DNA of 64,000 nt from Patescibacteria group bacterium (lineage in GTDB: Bacteria; Patescibacteriota; Minisyncoccia; Phycocordibacterales; JACZSL01). This document shows positions 28,477-36,459 of the stretch, one piece after another. The notes beneath the pieces were generated by a model. It did not search any database, was not told the origin of the DNA, and saw nothing but the letters and a program-made list of their open reading frames with translations. Made by a program: the position numbers and the translations under genes. The first letter of the stretch is position 1. Each line of letters opens with the position of its first letter. The DNA is taken from assembly GCA_022574205.1 (NCBI GenBank), contig JACZSL010000002.1, positions 11,965 to 75,964 on the forward strand, in the 5' to 3' direction.

Positions 28477-28854
28477 TTAAACACGATCTATATAACTTTG
28501 TAAAATAATAGCTGCTGCTGAAGCGTCTATTTTATCGTGTCGTTCTTGAATGTGTTCAGCTTCTTTGGTGCTTAGTGTTTCTGGCTCCAGATAAACCGGA
28601 ACATTTGCCTTTTTGGTGATTGTCTTATTGAAACGTTTAATGTCTTCCATTATAGGATTTTCTTCCCCTTTATAATCTGTTGACTCGCCCACTATAACAG
28701 CATCGACTCCCTCTTGTTTCACCAGATTAACAATATAGAGAATGGTGTGCACGTCATTTTTTATTACTTCCTTTGGAAAAGCCATTCTGCCGTCCGAGTC
28801 GGAGACAGCAATCCCTATTTTTTTCTTTCCATAATCAATACCAAGTAATTTCAT
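28477..28854 (-). CDS. ruvX: Holliday-junction resolvase-like YqgF/RuvX
   Basis: MKLLGIDYGKKKIGIAVSDSDGRMAFP... Confidence 0.85.
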   Translation of the reverse strand: MKLLGIDYGKKKIGIAVSDSDGRMAFPKEVIKNDVHTILYIVNLVKQEGVDAVIVGESTDYKGEENPIMEDIKRFNKTITKKANVPVYLEPETLSTKEAEHIQERHDKIDASAAAIILQSYIDRV

Positions 28855-28887
28855 ATGTTTTAATATGGCGTATATGATGTTAACCCG

Positions 28888-29574
28888 CTAAGTTTGAAGT
28901 TGTGCTACTTTGGTATAATTACACACGCAAGGTGCCAGGTGACACGTATGGCAACCTTTGTAGAACATCTCTTCAAGCTCTCTTCCAATGTCGATGCTTA
29001 ATGAATTTGCGACACCGAAAAAACAAGACACATAGTCTGCAAGCTCCTCTTTAATTTCATCGAGCTGTTTTTGTTGATGCTGTCCTAGATAATTAAGAAT
29101 GGCTTCACTAACTTCGCCCATCTCTTCTGCTAAGTGTACGCCGGCATCAGCTGCTGTTCGTTGATCACTTTGGTAAATCTCGTCAAACATCTTTTGTATT
29201 TCTGGTATGCTGTTTGGTTTTTGCGATTTTCTAGATACTACCTTGTGTCGTTTTGTTACCTTGCTCTCTTTACATGAACATGGTTTTTTACCGCAATATG
29301 AGCATAGAGCAGGAAACCGTTTCCACACCACCTCTTCAAGATTAATATGAAGTCTGTTTACAGTAGCCATTTGCCATGCAAAAGCTATCATTAGATTCAG
29401 TTTTGTCTTTTTTAAATCTTCTTTTCGTATTCCCTTAAGAGCTCGCATAGTGAACCGTTGCTGGTGTGTTACAAGATCCCACACAGAATATAGACGGTCA
29501 TCAGGAAGCGTATACACTTCAGCAATGAGCTCTTGAAATTTACTTAAATTTTGATTTCTACGAAAGCTTGCCAT
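28888..29574 (-). CDS. MazG-like nucleotide pyrophosphohydrolase with two Cys-rich (zinc-ribbon-like) motifs
   Basis: ...LAEEMGEVSEAILNY... EELADYVSCFFGVANSL (EExxE-type); CSYCGKKPCSC and CHTCHLAPCVCN. Start moved to MASFRRNQ (29574) because the longer ORF overlaps tRNA-Ser. Confidence 0.5.
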   Translation of the reverse strand: MASFRRNQNLSKFQELIAEVYTLPDDRLYSVWDLVTHQQRFTMRALKGIRKEDLKKTKLNLMIAFAWQMATVNRLHINLEEVVWKRFPALCSYCGKKPCSCKESKVTKRHKVVSRKSQKPNSIPEIQKMFDEIYQSDQRTAADAGVHLAEEMGEVSEAILNYLGQHQQKQLDEIKEELADYVSCFFGVANSLSIDIGRELEEMFYKGCHTCHLAPCVCNYTKVAQLQT

Positions 29575-29592
29575 GACGATAATAAAACGAAT

Positions 29593-29680
29593 TTGGCGGT
29601 GAGGGTGGGATTCGAACCCACGGTACCTTTCGGTACGCTTGTTTTCAAGACAAGTCCGTTCGACCACTCCGGCACCTCAC
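29593..29680 (-). tRNA. tRNA-Ser (TGA), long variable arm, CCA encoded
   Basis: Reverse complement GGTGAGGTGCCGGAGTGGTCGAACGGACTTGTCTTGAAAACAAGCGTACCGAAAGGTACCGTGGGTTCGAATCCCACCCTCACCGCCA. Confidence 0.85.
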
Positions 29681-29784
29681 CCTTTAACTGTGCTGTAATA
29701 CTACACAGTGCATGTTGTAAACGCAACATATTTTGATTATTTTGTGGTATCGGAATATCTGTGGAGATATCGAACTGATAAGCT

Positions 29785-29817
29785 ACGTGTACACGTCAGG
29801 ACGTACGTCCTGACGTG
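29785..29817. repeat. Perfect palindromes ACGTGTACACGT and CACGTCAGGACGTACGTCCTGACGTG (copy A)
   Basis: Sequence agctacgtgtacacgtcaggacgtacgtcctgacgtggg, between divergent tRNA-Ser and the ORF at 29886; the 26-bp core recurs at 36361. Confidence 0.6.
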
Positions 29818-29885
29818 GGTGTCTTGCGTCACTAATCACACGTTTTTGTTCCGCAAAATTAACTCATTGCGCTATACTTATAGTA

Positions 29886-30347
29886 ATGGAAGATTCAATC
29901 ACGTGGGAAGCTCCCGAATTTGAATATTTGGAAAAACGCGCCGATTGGTACTGGATTTTAGGTATTGTCGCTGTTTTCGGTGTTATTCTTGCGATACTCC
30001 TTAAAAACTATTTATTTGCGATTTTAGTGCTTATAGGTGCTGGAACGATGACGCTGTATGCAAAAAAGCTACCTGAGACAGTGGAGTTTGCTGTTAGCAA
30101 GCATGGTGTGCAAGTAAATAAAGTACTGTATCCATATGGTTCGCTTGAATCATTTTGGATTAGCGAATTCAATGGTGAAGAGCCGAAGTTACTTTTGACA
30201 TCCAAAAAAATTCTTGCTCTTCAAATTATCATTCCTCTAGCCGATACGCCGCCAGAGGAGGTGCGTAATATGCTTCTACATCATGTTGAGGAGGTCGAGC
30301 AAGGTGAAAGCGTTGTCGAACATCTCTCTCGTTTTGTGAGGTTTTAA
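29886..30347 (+). CDS. hypothetical membrane protein
   Basis: 153-aa ORF with two TM segments. Confidence 0.4.
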   Translation: MEDSITWEAPEFEYLEKRADWYWILGIVAVFGVILAILLKNYLFAILVLIGAGTMTLYAKKLPETVEFAVSKHGVQVNKVLYPYGSLESFWISEFNGEEPKLLLTSKKILALQIIIPLADTPPEEVRNMLLHHVEEVEQGESVVEHLSRFVRF

Positions 30348-30384
30348 AGCGCTTATATTATTGTTGTAGTGGTCTTGCGCTTAT

Positions 30385-30457
30385 GCCCTCATAGTTTAAT
30401 GGATAGAATACATCTTTGCGGAAGATGTGATCGAGGTTCGATTCCTCGTGAGGGCAC
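30385..30457 (+). tRNA. tRNA-Arg (GCG)
   Basis: GCCCTCATAGTTTAATGGATAGAATACATCTTTGCGGAAGATGTGATCGAGGTTCGATTCCTCGTGAGGGCA; anticodon loop TTGCGGA. Confidence 0.65.
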
Positions 30458-30614
30458 AAAATAAGAAACTGGCGCGCCGAAGGTGCGCTAGTTTCTTGTT
30501 TGCCCGGTAGGAATCGAACGACGGAGCCCCGCCACTGGTCCGAGGGGCAAGTCGTGTCCCGCGGCACTTAGTGAACGAGGAGCATGCGACGAAGTGAACT
30601 TAGTGACCGTCAGG

Positions 30615-30634
30615 ACGATTCCTCGTGAGGGCAC
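30615..30634 (+). repeat. Exact 20-bp direct repeat of the tRNA-Arg(GCG) 3' end (att-site-like scar), 177 bp downstream of the tRNA
   Basis: cgattcctcgtgagggcaca occurs at 30438-30457 and 30615-30634. Confidence 0.7.
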
Positions 30635-30637
30635 ATA

Positions 30638-30666
30638 TGAAAAAAGCCAGCTTTGTGCTGGTTTTT
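30638..30666. terminator. Bidirectional intrinsic terminator
   Basis: aaaaaagccagctttgtgctggttttttt. Confidence 0.6.
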
Positions 30667-30852
30667 TTCATGTGTAAACCACAAGGAGCCGTTCACACGG
30701 CTCCTTGTAAAAATAAAACACTACTTTGAGAAAACCCAGCCGAATGTTCGAGTTCTTACCTGAGACTATACCATTATTCTTGCCTGAACAGAGACTTGTT
30801 ATCAACAATGTGTCGTTTAGTGGCTTTTAAAAACAACATTATTTAGTGTCCT

Positions 30853-31116
30853 CTAGTTTTTTGTGTTCACCAAGCGGGCGAGGCGTGACTTTTTTCGTGA
30901 GGCGGTATTTTTCTTTATTAGACCGCGTTTTTTAGCTTTATCGATTGCTTTGTAGGCGTTTTTGAGGAGTTTCTCTGCCTCCTCTTTCTTTCCATCTTTT
31001 GTAAGTTTTAAAATTACCTTAACCTCACGCAGCATGGTGGTTTGTCTGCGCATATTAAAAACCCTCTTTCGTGAAGAGCTTCGATATGCTTTTTTTGCTC
31101 CAACTGTAACTGGCAT
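30853..31116 (-). CDS. rpsT: Ribosomal protein S20
   Basis: MPVTVGAKKAYRSSSRKRVFNMRRQTTMLREVK...KAKKRGLIKKNTASRKKSRLARLV; internal start preferred over the 119-aa ORF. Confidence 0.8.
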   Translation of the reverse strand: MPVTVGAKKAYRSSSRKRVFNMRRQTTMLREVKVILKLTKDGKKEEAEKLLKNAYKAIDKAKKRGLIKKNTASRKKSRLARLVNTKN

Positions 31117-31200
31117 GGAGACAATACTACCCCATCTTCTATAAAAAGGCAAAGAATATAGGTGCTTTGTGAGTACCTCCCTATGGGCTATTATTGATGT

Positions 31201-31779
31201 ATGATAGCTCACTTAAAAGGCAAGGTTATCGAACTCAAAGAGACTTCTGTTGTTGTGTCGGCAGGTGGTGTTGGTTATCGTGTTTTTATTTCACCACAAA
31301 CCTCCAAAAACATAGGTAAAATAAATGGGGGGGTTGTGTCGCTTTTTACTTATCTATTTATTCGGGAACACTCAATGGACCTTTATGGTTTTGTTAAACA
31401 GGAGGAAATTGACTTTTTTGAAATGCTTATCACCGTTTCGGGTGTAGGACCAAAATCCGCGCTTGGAATATTGGGTATAGCTGATGTTGTTACTATTAAA
31501 CGTGCCATTGTTTCTCGCGATACTACGTACTTAACAAAGGTATCTGGTATAGGAAAAAAGAGTGCGCAAAAAATTATTATTGAACTTGAAGAAAAAGTTA
31601 CTGCGCTTGGTGGGTCAATGCTCGGTGCTCAAAGTTCTGATGTAGATCTTATTGAAGCTCTTACGTCGCTTGGTTATACCTCAAAAGAAGCGCGCGACGC
31701 AATAAGCCTCATTCCACAAAAATTGGAGGGAACCAACGCTCGTCTAAAGGAAGCTCTAAAACGACTTGGGGGTAAATAG
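31201..31779 (+). CDS. ruvA: Holliday junction branch-migration protein RuvA
   Basis: MIAHLKGKVIELKETSVVVSAGGVGYRVFIS...; HhH pair ...VSGVGPKSALGIL... Confidence 0.9.
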   Translation: MIAHLKGKVIELKETSVVVSAGGVGYRVFISPQTSKNIGKINGGVVSLFTYLFIREHSMDLYGFVKQEEIDFFEMLITVSGVGPKSALGILGIADVVTIKRAIVSRDTTYLTKVSGIGKKSAQKIIIELEEKVTALGGSMLGAQSSDVDLIEALTSLGYTSKEARDAISLIPQKLEGTNARLKEALKRLGGK

Positions 31780-31901
31780 TGTCGTTACAATTACCGATAT
31801 AAATTAAAAATAACCGCACATGATTAAAAAACATCTATGTTGTAAAAGGCATATTATGAGACATTCCGGACTTATCATTAATTTGTAACGGCACAAGTAT
31901 T

Positions 31902-33173
31902 ATGGAAACTTTCTTTCGGCTCATTAAATTAGTTATTCCAAAACCAGTGCTTGGGATCATACAACCACCATACCATTTTCTTCTCGCGGTTATGGGTGTA
32001 GTTTTATATAAATTTCCATCAAGGAAAATCTATATTGTCGGCGTTACTGGTACAAAAGGAAAGACGAGCACAGTTGAACTCATAAATGCCATGCTTGAAG
32101 AGGCTGGTTTAAATACAGCTCTTGCAAACACTATACGATTTAAAATAGGGGATAAGGAGGAGCGTAACCTTTTTAAAATGACAATGCCTGGTCGTTTTTT
32201 TATGCAAAAGTTTTTGCGCGATGCGGTGGATGCGTGCTGTAGTCACGCAGTTATTGAAATGACTAGTGAGGGTGTGAAGCAGTTTCGACATAAGTTTATT
32301 GAACTCGACGCTCTTGTATTTACCAATATTTCACCAGAGCATATTGAATCGCACGGCACCTTTCAAAACTACGTTCAAGCCAAACTGAAGCTTAAAATAT
32401 TGCTTGAGAAATCATCAAAAAATAAAAAGACTATTGTCGCTAACATGGACGACAAGTTTGGTAAAAGTTTTCTGAACGCGCACGTTGAGCGCAAGGTTCC
32501 ATACTCTCTTCTTACTGCAGAGCCATACAATATTCGCATTGATGGTGTTGCGCTCACATTTCACGACGTATATATAAGCTCTCCGCTCAAAGGTCTTTTT
32601 TCAGTCTACAATATTATTGCGGCTGCTAGTTTTGCATGGACACGTGGTGTAAAAATTGAGCAGATTAAGCGTGCAGTAGAGAGCTTGGTGACAATTCCTG
32701 GGCGTGTTGAGCTGATTTACGAAGGGCAAGACTTTACCGCTGTTGTTGACTATGCGCACACTCCGGACTCACTTGAAAAAGTTTACAAAGCGTTTCCGGG
32801 GAGAAGGCTTGTTTGTGTTCTTGGGAATACAGGCGGTGGTAGAGATGTAAGGAAGCGTCCTCTGATGGGCAAACTTGCAGAGGAATACTGCGCAGAGACT
32901 ATATTAACTGATGAAGATCCCTACGATGAGGATCCTGTGAAAATTATCAATGATATGAAAAAAGGCTTTAAACATTATAAACCGATTGTAATTATGGACC
33001 GGAGACTTGCAATACGTGCTGCCCTCGAAAAAGCAAAAAAGAATGATGTTGTGCTTATAACAGGTAAGGGTACAGATCCATATATCATGCGAGCGCGTGG
33101 AAAAAAAGAAGTTTGGAGTGATGCGAATGTTGTGCGAGAGGAGTTAAATAGGATTAGCCCGAAGAAATATTAA
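31902..33173 (+). CDS. Mur ligase family protein (MurE/MurT-like)
   Basis: ATP-binding GVTGTKGKTST; DYAHTPDSL; no N-terminal MurE domain. Confidence 0.55.
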   Translation: METFFRLIKLVIPKPVLGIIQPPYHFLLAVMGVVLYKFPSRKIYIVGVTGTKGKTSTVELINAMLEEAGLNTALANTIRFKIGDKEERNLFKMTMPGRFFMQKFLRDAVDACCSHAVIEMTSEGVKQFRHKFIELDALVFTNISPEHIESHGTFQNYVQAKLKLKILLEKSSKNKKTIVANMDDKFGKSFLNAHVERKVPYSLLTAEPYNIRIDGVALTFHDVYISSPLKGLFSVYNIIAAASFAWTRGVKIEQIKRAVESLVTIPGRVELIYEGQDFTAVVDYAHTPDSLEKVYKAFPGRRLVCVLGNTGGGRDVRKRPLMGKLAEEYCAETILTDEDPYDEDPVKIINDMKKGFKHYKPIVIMDRRLAIRAALEKAKKNDVVLITGKGTDPYIMRARGKKEVWSDANVVREELNRISPKKY

Positions 33174-33211
33174 TACTTCACAAAAAGAGTAACGCACCGT
33201 ATCATAGCCAT

Positions 33212-34165
33212 ATGCAAAACAGTTCAATGAAAGACATAGCAATATTAATAGCTCTTATTATTGTTGTCATATTGTCTTGGATTACAGGGACAAATAAGGG
33301 GATTACGGGCCAGCCTACAATACCGGGTGTTTCCCTTGAGGTTACCAGTTCTAATACCTCTTTTTATGGAAGGACGTCGGCATCGAACGCATCAAACGAT
33401 ATAGAAGAAGCGGTTGTTATACGTACACAAACTGAAATTGATGCGGTAGAATATGCACTTCAGTCAATAGAGCTATTCAGTGAAAAATCTCCTTACGAGG
33501 GCATGGTGACTATAGACAAGAGGTCTTTGGGTCCCCGCAATACAACTCCAGAACAAGAATACATACGTTTTATAGCTTCAAGACAAAATTCACAGAAAAT
33601 TCCTATAAGCGGTTGGAGAATTGAGAGTGTAATTACTGGCCGCTCGCTTGCTATTCCTGAAGCGTCCTATCTTCCTAGGTCGGGAGTTGTAAACAATAAA
33701 CTTCCTGTGTGGTTAGAGCCTGGAGACACCGTAATCTTGAGTACGGGTCGTTCTCCTATAGGTGTATCGTTTAGAACTAATCTTTGTACGGGGTATTTTA
33801 CCCAGTTTCAAACATTTAATCCGCGTTTGGAGGAAAGGTGTCCAGATGCTGAAAATGAAATTCTCTTTTACACCGGAGATAGGAGTGTTTTAGTAGATAA
33901 TGCGTGTATGGATTTTGTTGAACGAATTGGTCGTTGTGATATAACAATAAAAGTGCCAATACTTCTTTCGTCCCTTTGCCACGATGCTATAGGGTTGGAA
34001 ATCAACTACAACAGTTGTGTGGATCACCACAAAGACAGCGCTTCTTTTGTTGGAAATGATTGGAGACTGTTTCTTAAGCGAGAGGAGGAGTTGTGGAGAT
34101 CAAAACGAGAATTATTAAAACTTGTTGATCAAAATGGTAAAGTGGTGGATGTATATTCATACTAA
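33212..34165 (+). CDS. hypothetical membrane-anchored protein (possible lamin-tail-like beta domain)
   Basis: N-terminal TM; ...IPISGWRIESVITGRSLAIPEASYLPRSGVVNNKLPVWLEPGDTVIL... Confidence 0.35.
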   Translation: MQNSSMKDIAILIALIIVVILSWITGTNKGITGQPTIPGVSLEVTSSNTSFYGRTSASNASNDIEEAVVIRTQTEIDAVEYALQSIELFSEKSPYEGMVTIDKRSLGPRNTTPEQEYIRFIASRQNSQKIPISGWRIESVITGRSLAIPEASYLPRSGVVNNKLPVWLEPGDTVILSTGRSPIGVSFRTNLCTGYFTQFQTFNPRLEERCPDAENEILFYTGDRSVLVDNACMDFVERIGRCDITIKVPILLSSLCHDAIGLEINYNSCVDHHKDSASFVGNDWRLFLKREEELWRSKRELLKLVDQNGKVVDVYSY

Positions 34166-34641
34166 CGATCGAGGGCACGATATAAAATAATGCCGGCGGT
34201 TGTTGCGACATTGAGTGATTCTTTTTTTCCATGCATGGGTATAAAAATTGTATGGTCGCACCTCTCTAAAAGGGCTTGTGACAGGCCTCGAACTTCATTT
34301 CCAAATACAAAGGCTGCTTTCTTTGGTGTGTTAAATTTTTTGTAGTCAGTTGCGTCTTTTCCCTGTTCAACCGCAACTACGACGAAATTGTCTTTCTTTA
34401 AACGACGCAAAAGGTTTCCTATGTTGGAAATGTGTTCCCAAAAAACATTTTTTTCCGTGCCGAGTGCCGTTTTGTGAAGATCACTCCGTATGCGTCCAAA
34501 CCTGTCACGTGGCGTGGGTGAATATCCCGAAAGATATATCGTATCAATACCGATTGCGTCAGCGACTCTAAAAATGGCGCCGACATTCTGGACGCTCCTC
34601 ACGTTGTGGAGCACGATGTATGAAATATGTTTCTTTTTCAT
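34162..34641 (-). CDS. SpoU/TrmH-family RNA 2'-O-methyltransferase (TrmL-sized)
   Basis: ...NVGAIFRVADAIGIDTIYL...; ...FVFGNEVRGLS... Confidence 0.75.
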   Translation of the reverse strand: MKKKHISYIVLHNVRSVQNVGAIFRVADAIGIDTIYLSGYSPTPRDRFGRIRSDLHKTALGTEKNVFWEHISNIGNLLRRLKKDNFVVVAVEQGKDATDYKKFNTPKKAAFVFGNEVRGLSQALLERCDHTIFIPMHGKKESLNVATTAGIILYRALDR

Positions 34642-34753
34642 CCCGATAGTGTCAGGTCGCGATCATCGCCTACCTACTGTTTAGTGTTTATATCGTTGTG
34701 GTTTCGACTTTTTGTATTCATATTATATCTTTACCTCGTGACCGCGGACACTA

Positions 34754-35200
34754 TTGGGATTCATCCTATATTTATACGAAATATGCTACTATGACGCCAT
34801 GCTTAATGTTTTTCCGGAACTGCTTTTCTTGTCATTTTTTGCGCCGTTAGTGTTGCGTGCCGTTTTAGGTTTCGTATTGTTGTCATATAGTTTGAATCGT
34901 CTCTATAGGCGTAAGCGTGAGTTTGAAGGTCTTTTTCTAAATCATTTTCCCTTAAATGGGAAAACACTGTTGTTAGCGGTAGGTATTCTTGAACTTGTGT
35001 TTGGCTTGGGATTGATTGCTGGCCTCTACACACAAATAATTGCGCTTGGCGTTATTCTTCTCTCACTAACGGCCATTCTTGGTAAAAATCCCGTACTTTT
35101 ATTTAGGAGTAGTCGGCTCATCTACTTTTTTATGTTAGGAATTTCGATTTCACTTCTATTGTCAGGGGCAGGGGGTTTTGCGTTTGACCTTCCACTTTAA
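34754..35200 (+). CDS. hypothetical polytopic membrane protein
   Basis: 148-aa ORF with four predicted TM helices. Confidence 0.35.
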   Translation: MGFILYLYEICYYDAMLNVFPELLFLSFFAPLVLRAVLGFVLLSYSLNRLYRRKREFEGLFLNHFPLNGKTLLLAVGILELVFGLGLIAGLYTQIIALGVILLSLTAILGKNPVLLFRSSRLIYFFMLGISISLLLSGAGGFAFDLPL

Positions 35201-35207
35201 CGTTGCT

Positions 35208-36029
35208 TTACTGATAAGAAGCGATTGCTCTTTCTAGTATCTCCCTTTTTTCAAGATTCTGTTTCCATATACTATTCGAGCGGTTTCCGTTTATGCACAC
35301 GCCGGGAGAGAAATTGATTTCTTTTTGGAATTTTTGTAGATTCTCTTTTCCAACAATAACAACCTCATTTGGCTTTTGAATAGACGAGCCAATATCAAAA
35401 TCGAGAAGGAGTATTTTAATAGTTTCCAAAACGGAGGTGTCTTTTTGGTAGCCGCGCACTCTGCGTGATCTATTATTAAAATTCATACATCCTTCATCGT
35501 CAAAAAATGCTCTTAAAAATTCGCGCTTAAGATGTTTTGGAAATGTATTTACGTTTGAAAAAAGCTCCTGGGATTTCTTTTTTATATGAGCGGCAAGTGC
35601 AACATTAAAATAACTAATTCGGAGTACTCCTGTAGACTTATTACAATAACGAGTGGGTTCAAAGTCGTATATTTCTTTCATAATAGTCTCAACTCTTTTA
35701 ATCAAACTCGTGCTTCTATTATTATAAATACAGCCATGGGTGTTTATTTCTCCATCAAACAAAAAATGAGAAATGAGAAGTACCATGTTCGTATTCCATG
35801 TTGAGAATTCTTTAAAACTTCTTGAACTTTTTCCTTTCCGGTTTTCAGACATCCTAATAATCCTTGTGCGTGACGCGTCCTGGATCATTCTCAATTTTTG
35901 AGTGCTTAGAGGAATGTCGCGTATGTGAAAATAGACTGATGTTTTCGGTCGGCCTGTGATTTTAACAATCTCAGGTAGGGTGTGATCCTGACTTCGTAAG
36001 ACAACGCATTGCTGTTTAAAATTATTCAT
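35208..36029 (-). CDS. LAGLIDADG homing endonuclease (two-motif); its start codon lies 2 nt after the tRNA-Lys 3' end
   Basis: LISHFLFDGEINTHGC and FLRAFFDDEGCMNF motifs. Confidence 0.7.
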   Translation of the reverse strand: MNNFKQQCVVLRSQDHTLPEIVKITGRPKTSVYFHIRDIPLSTQKLRMIQDASRTRIIRMSENRKGKSSRSFKEFSTWNTNMVLLISHFLFDGEINTHGCIYNNRSTSLIKRVETIMKEIYDFEPTRYCNKSTGVLRISYFNVALAAHIKKKSQELFSNVNTFPKHLKREFLRAFFDDEGCMNFNNRSRRVRGYQKDTSVLETIKILLLDFDIGSSIQKPNEVVIVGKENLQKFQKEINFSPGVCINGNRSNSIWKQNLEKREILERAIASYQ

Positions 36030-36030
36030 G

Positions 36031-36103
36031 TCCGCCCAGCAGGACTCGAACCTGCGACCTTGAAGTTAAAAGCTTCCTGCTCTACCAGCTGAGCTATGGG
36101 CGG
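36031..36103 (-). tRNA. tRNA-Lys (TTT)
   Basis: Reverse complement CCGCCCATAGCTCAGCTGGTAGAGCAGGAAGCTTTTAACTTCAAGGTCGCAGGTTCGAGTCCTGCTGGGCGGA; anticodon loop CTTTTAA; unusual C1:G72. Confidence 0.75.
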
Positions 36104-36285
36104 ATGTATTATTATCGCACGAGCTACCAAGACAGCTATGGGCGGATGTATTATTATCGCACGAGCTACCAAGACAGCTATGGGCGGATGTATTATTATC
36201 GCACGAGCTACCAAGACAGCTATGGGCGGATGTATTGTTCGACTGTTATTTACCAAAACAGCTATGGGCGGTTGCCTTTATATAG
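36094..36285. repeat. 42-bp tandem direct repeat array: 3 identical copies, a diverged 4th and a partial 5th; each copy begins with the first 10 nt of tRNA-Lys
   Basis: Unit ctatgggcggatgtattattatcgcacgagctaccaagacag at 36094, 36136, 36178, 36220 (diverged), 36262 (partial); each unit carries a TAATAAT -10-like box. Confidence 0.85.
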
Positions 36286-36355
36286 TAACATAGAGAGGTT
36301 CTACTTTCTAGTTTAAACTTACACGCAAACTTGCGCTAGTTATTATACACGCAAA

Positions 36356-36391
36356 ACCCACGTCAGGACGTACGTCCTGACGTGGGTTTCG
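36356..36391 (-). terminator. 36-bp perfect palindrome (copy B of the CACGTCAGGACGTACGTCCTGACGTG element), likely intrinsic terminator of the holA-like gene
   Basis: aaacccacgtcaggacgtacgtcctgacgtgggttt; on the minus strand the hairpin is followed by TTTT. Confidence 0.55.
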
Positions 36392-36459
36392 TGAACTTTG
36401 CGCGCCCTCCCATAACTCAAGCAGCTGTTTGAGTTATGGAATATTTTAAAAAAATACTT

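Noticed and set aside
29544-29736. Two 61-aa ORFs (both strands) and the N-terminal extension of the 28888-29667 ORF
   Set aside because: All overlap the well-formed tRNA-Ser(TGA) gene at 29593-29680.
30358-30567. 69-aa minus-strand ORF
   Set aside because: Overlaps tRNA-Arg(GCG) and the att-like spacer; no coding signal.
30458-30614. Second tRNA or tmRNA-like gene in the spacer between the two 20-bp repeats
   Set aside because: It contains a partial inverted T-arm (aggaatcgaac) but no foldable cloverleaf: T-stem pairing fails and there are no acceptor or anticodon stems.
30385-30670. Integrated prophage or genomic island at tRNA-Arg
   Set aside because: The attL/attR-like 20-bp duplication is real, but only 157 bp lie between the repeats and no integrase or cargo ORF is present; reported as a scar, not an island.
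36094-36285. Possible CRISPR array (repeated 42-mers)
   Set aside because: The units are contiguous and identical along their whole length with no unique spacers; no cas genes are nearby. It is a tandem direct repeat derived from the tRNA-Lys 5' end.
36096-36316. ORF-track proteins MGGCIIIARATKTAMGGC..., MYYYRTSYQDSYGR... and minus-strand MVNNSRTIHPPIAVLVAR...
   Set aside because: These are periodic translations of the 42-bp tandem repeat in three frames; they overlap tRNA-Lys and have no start context or coding signal.
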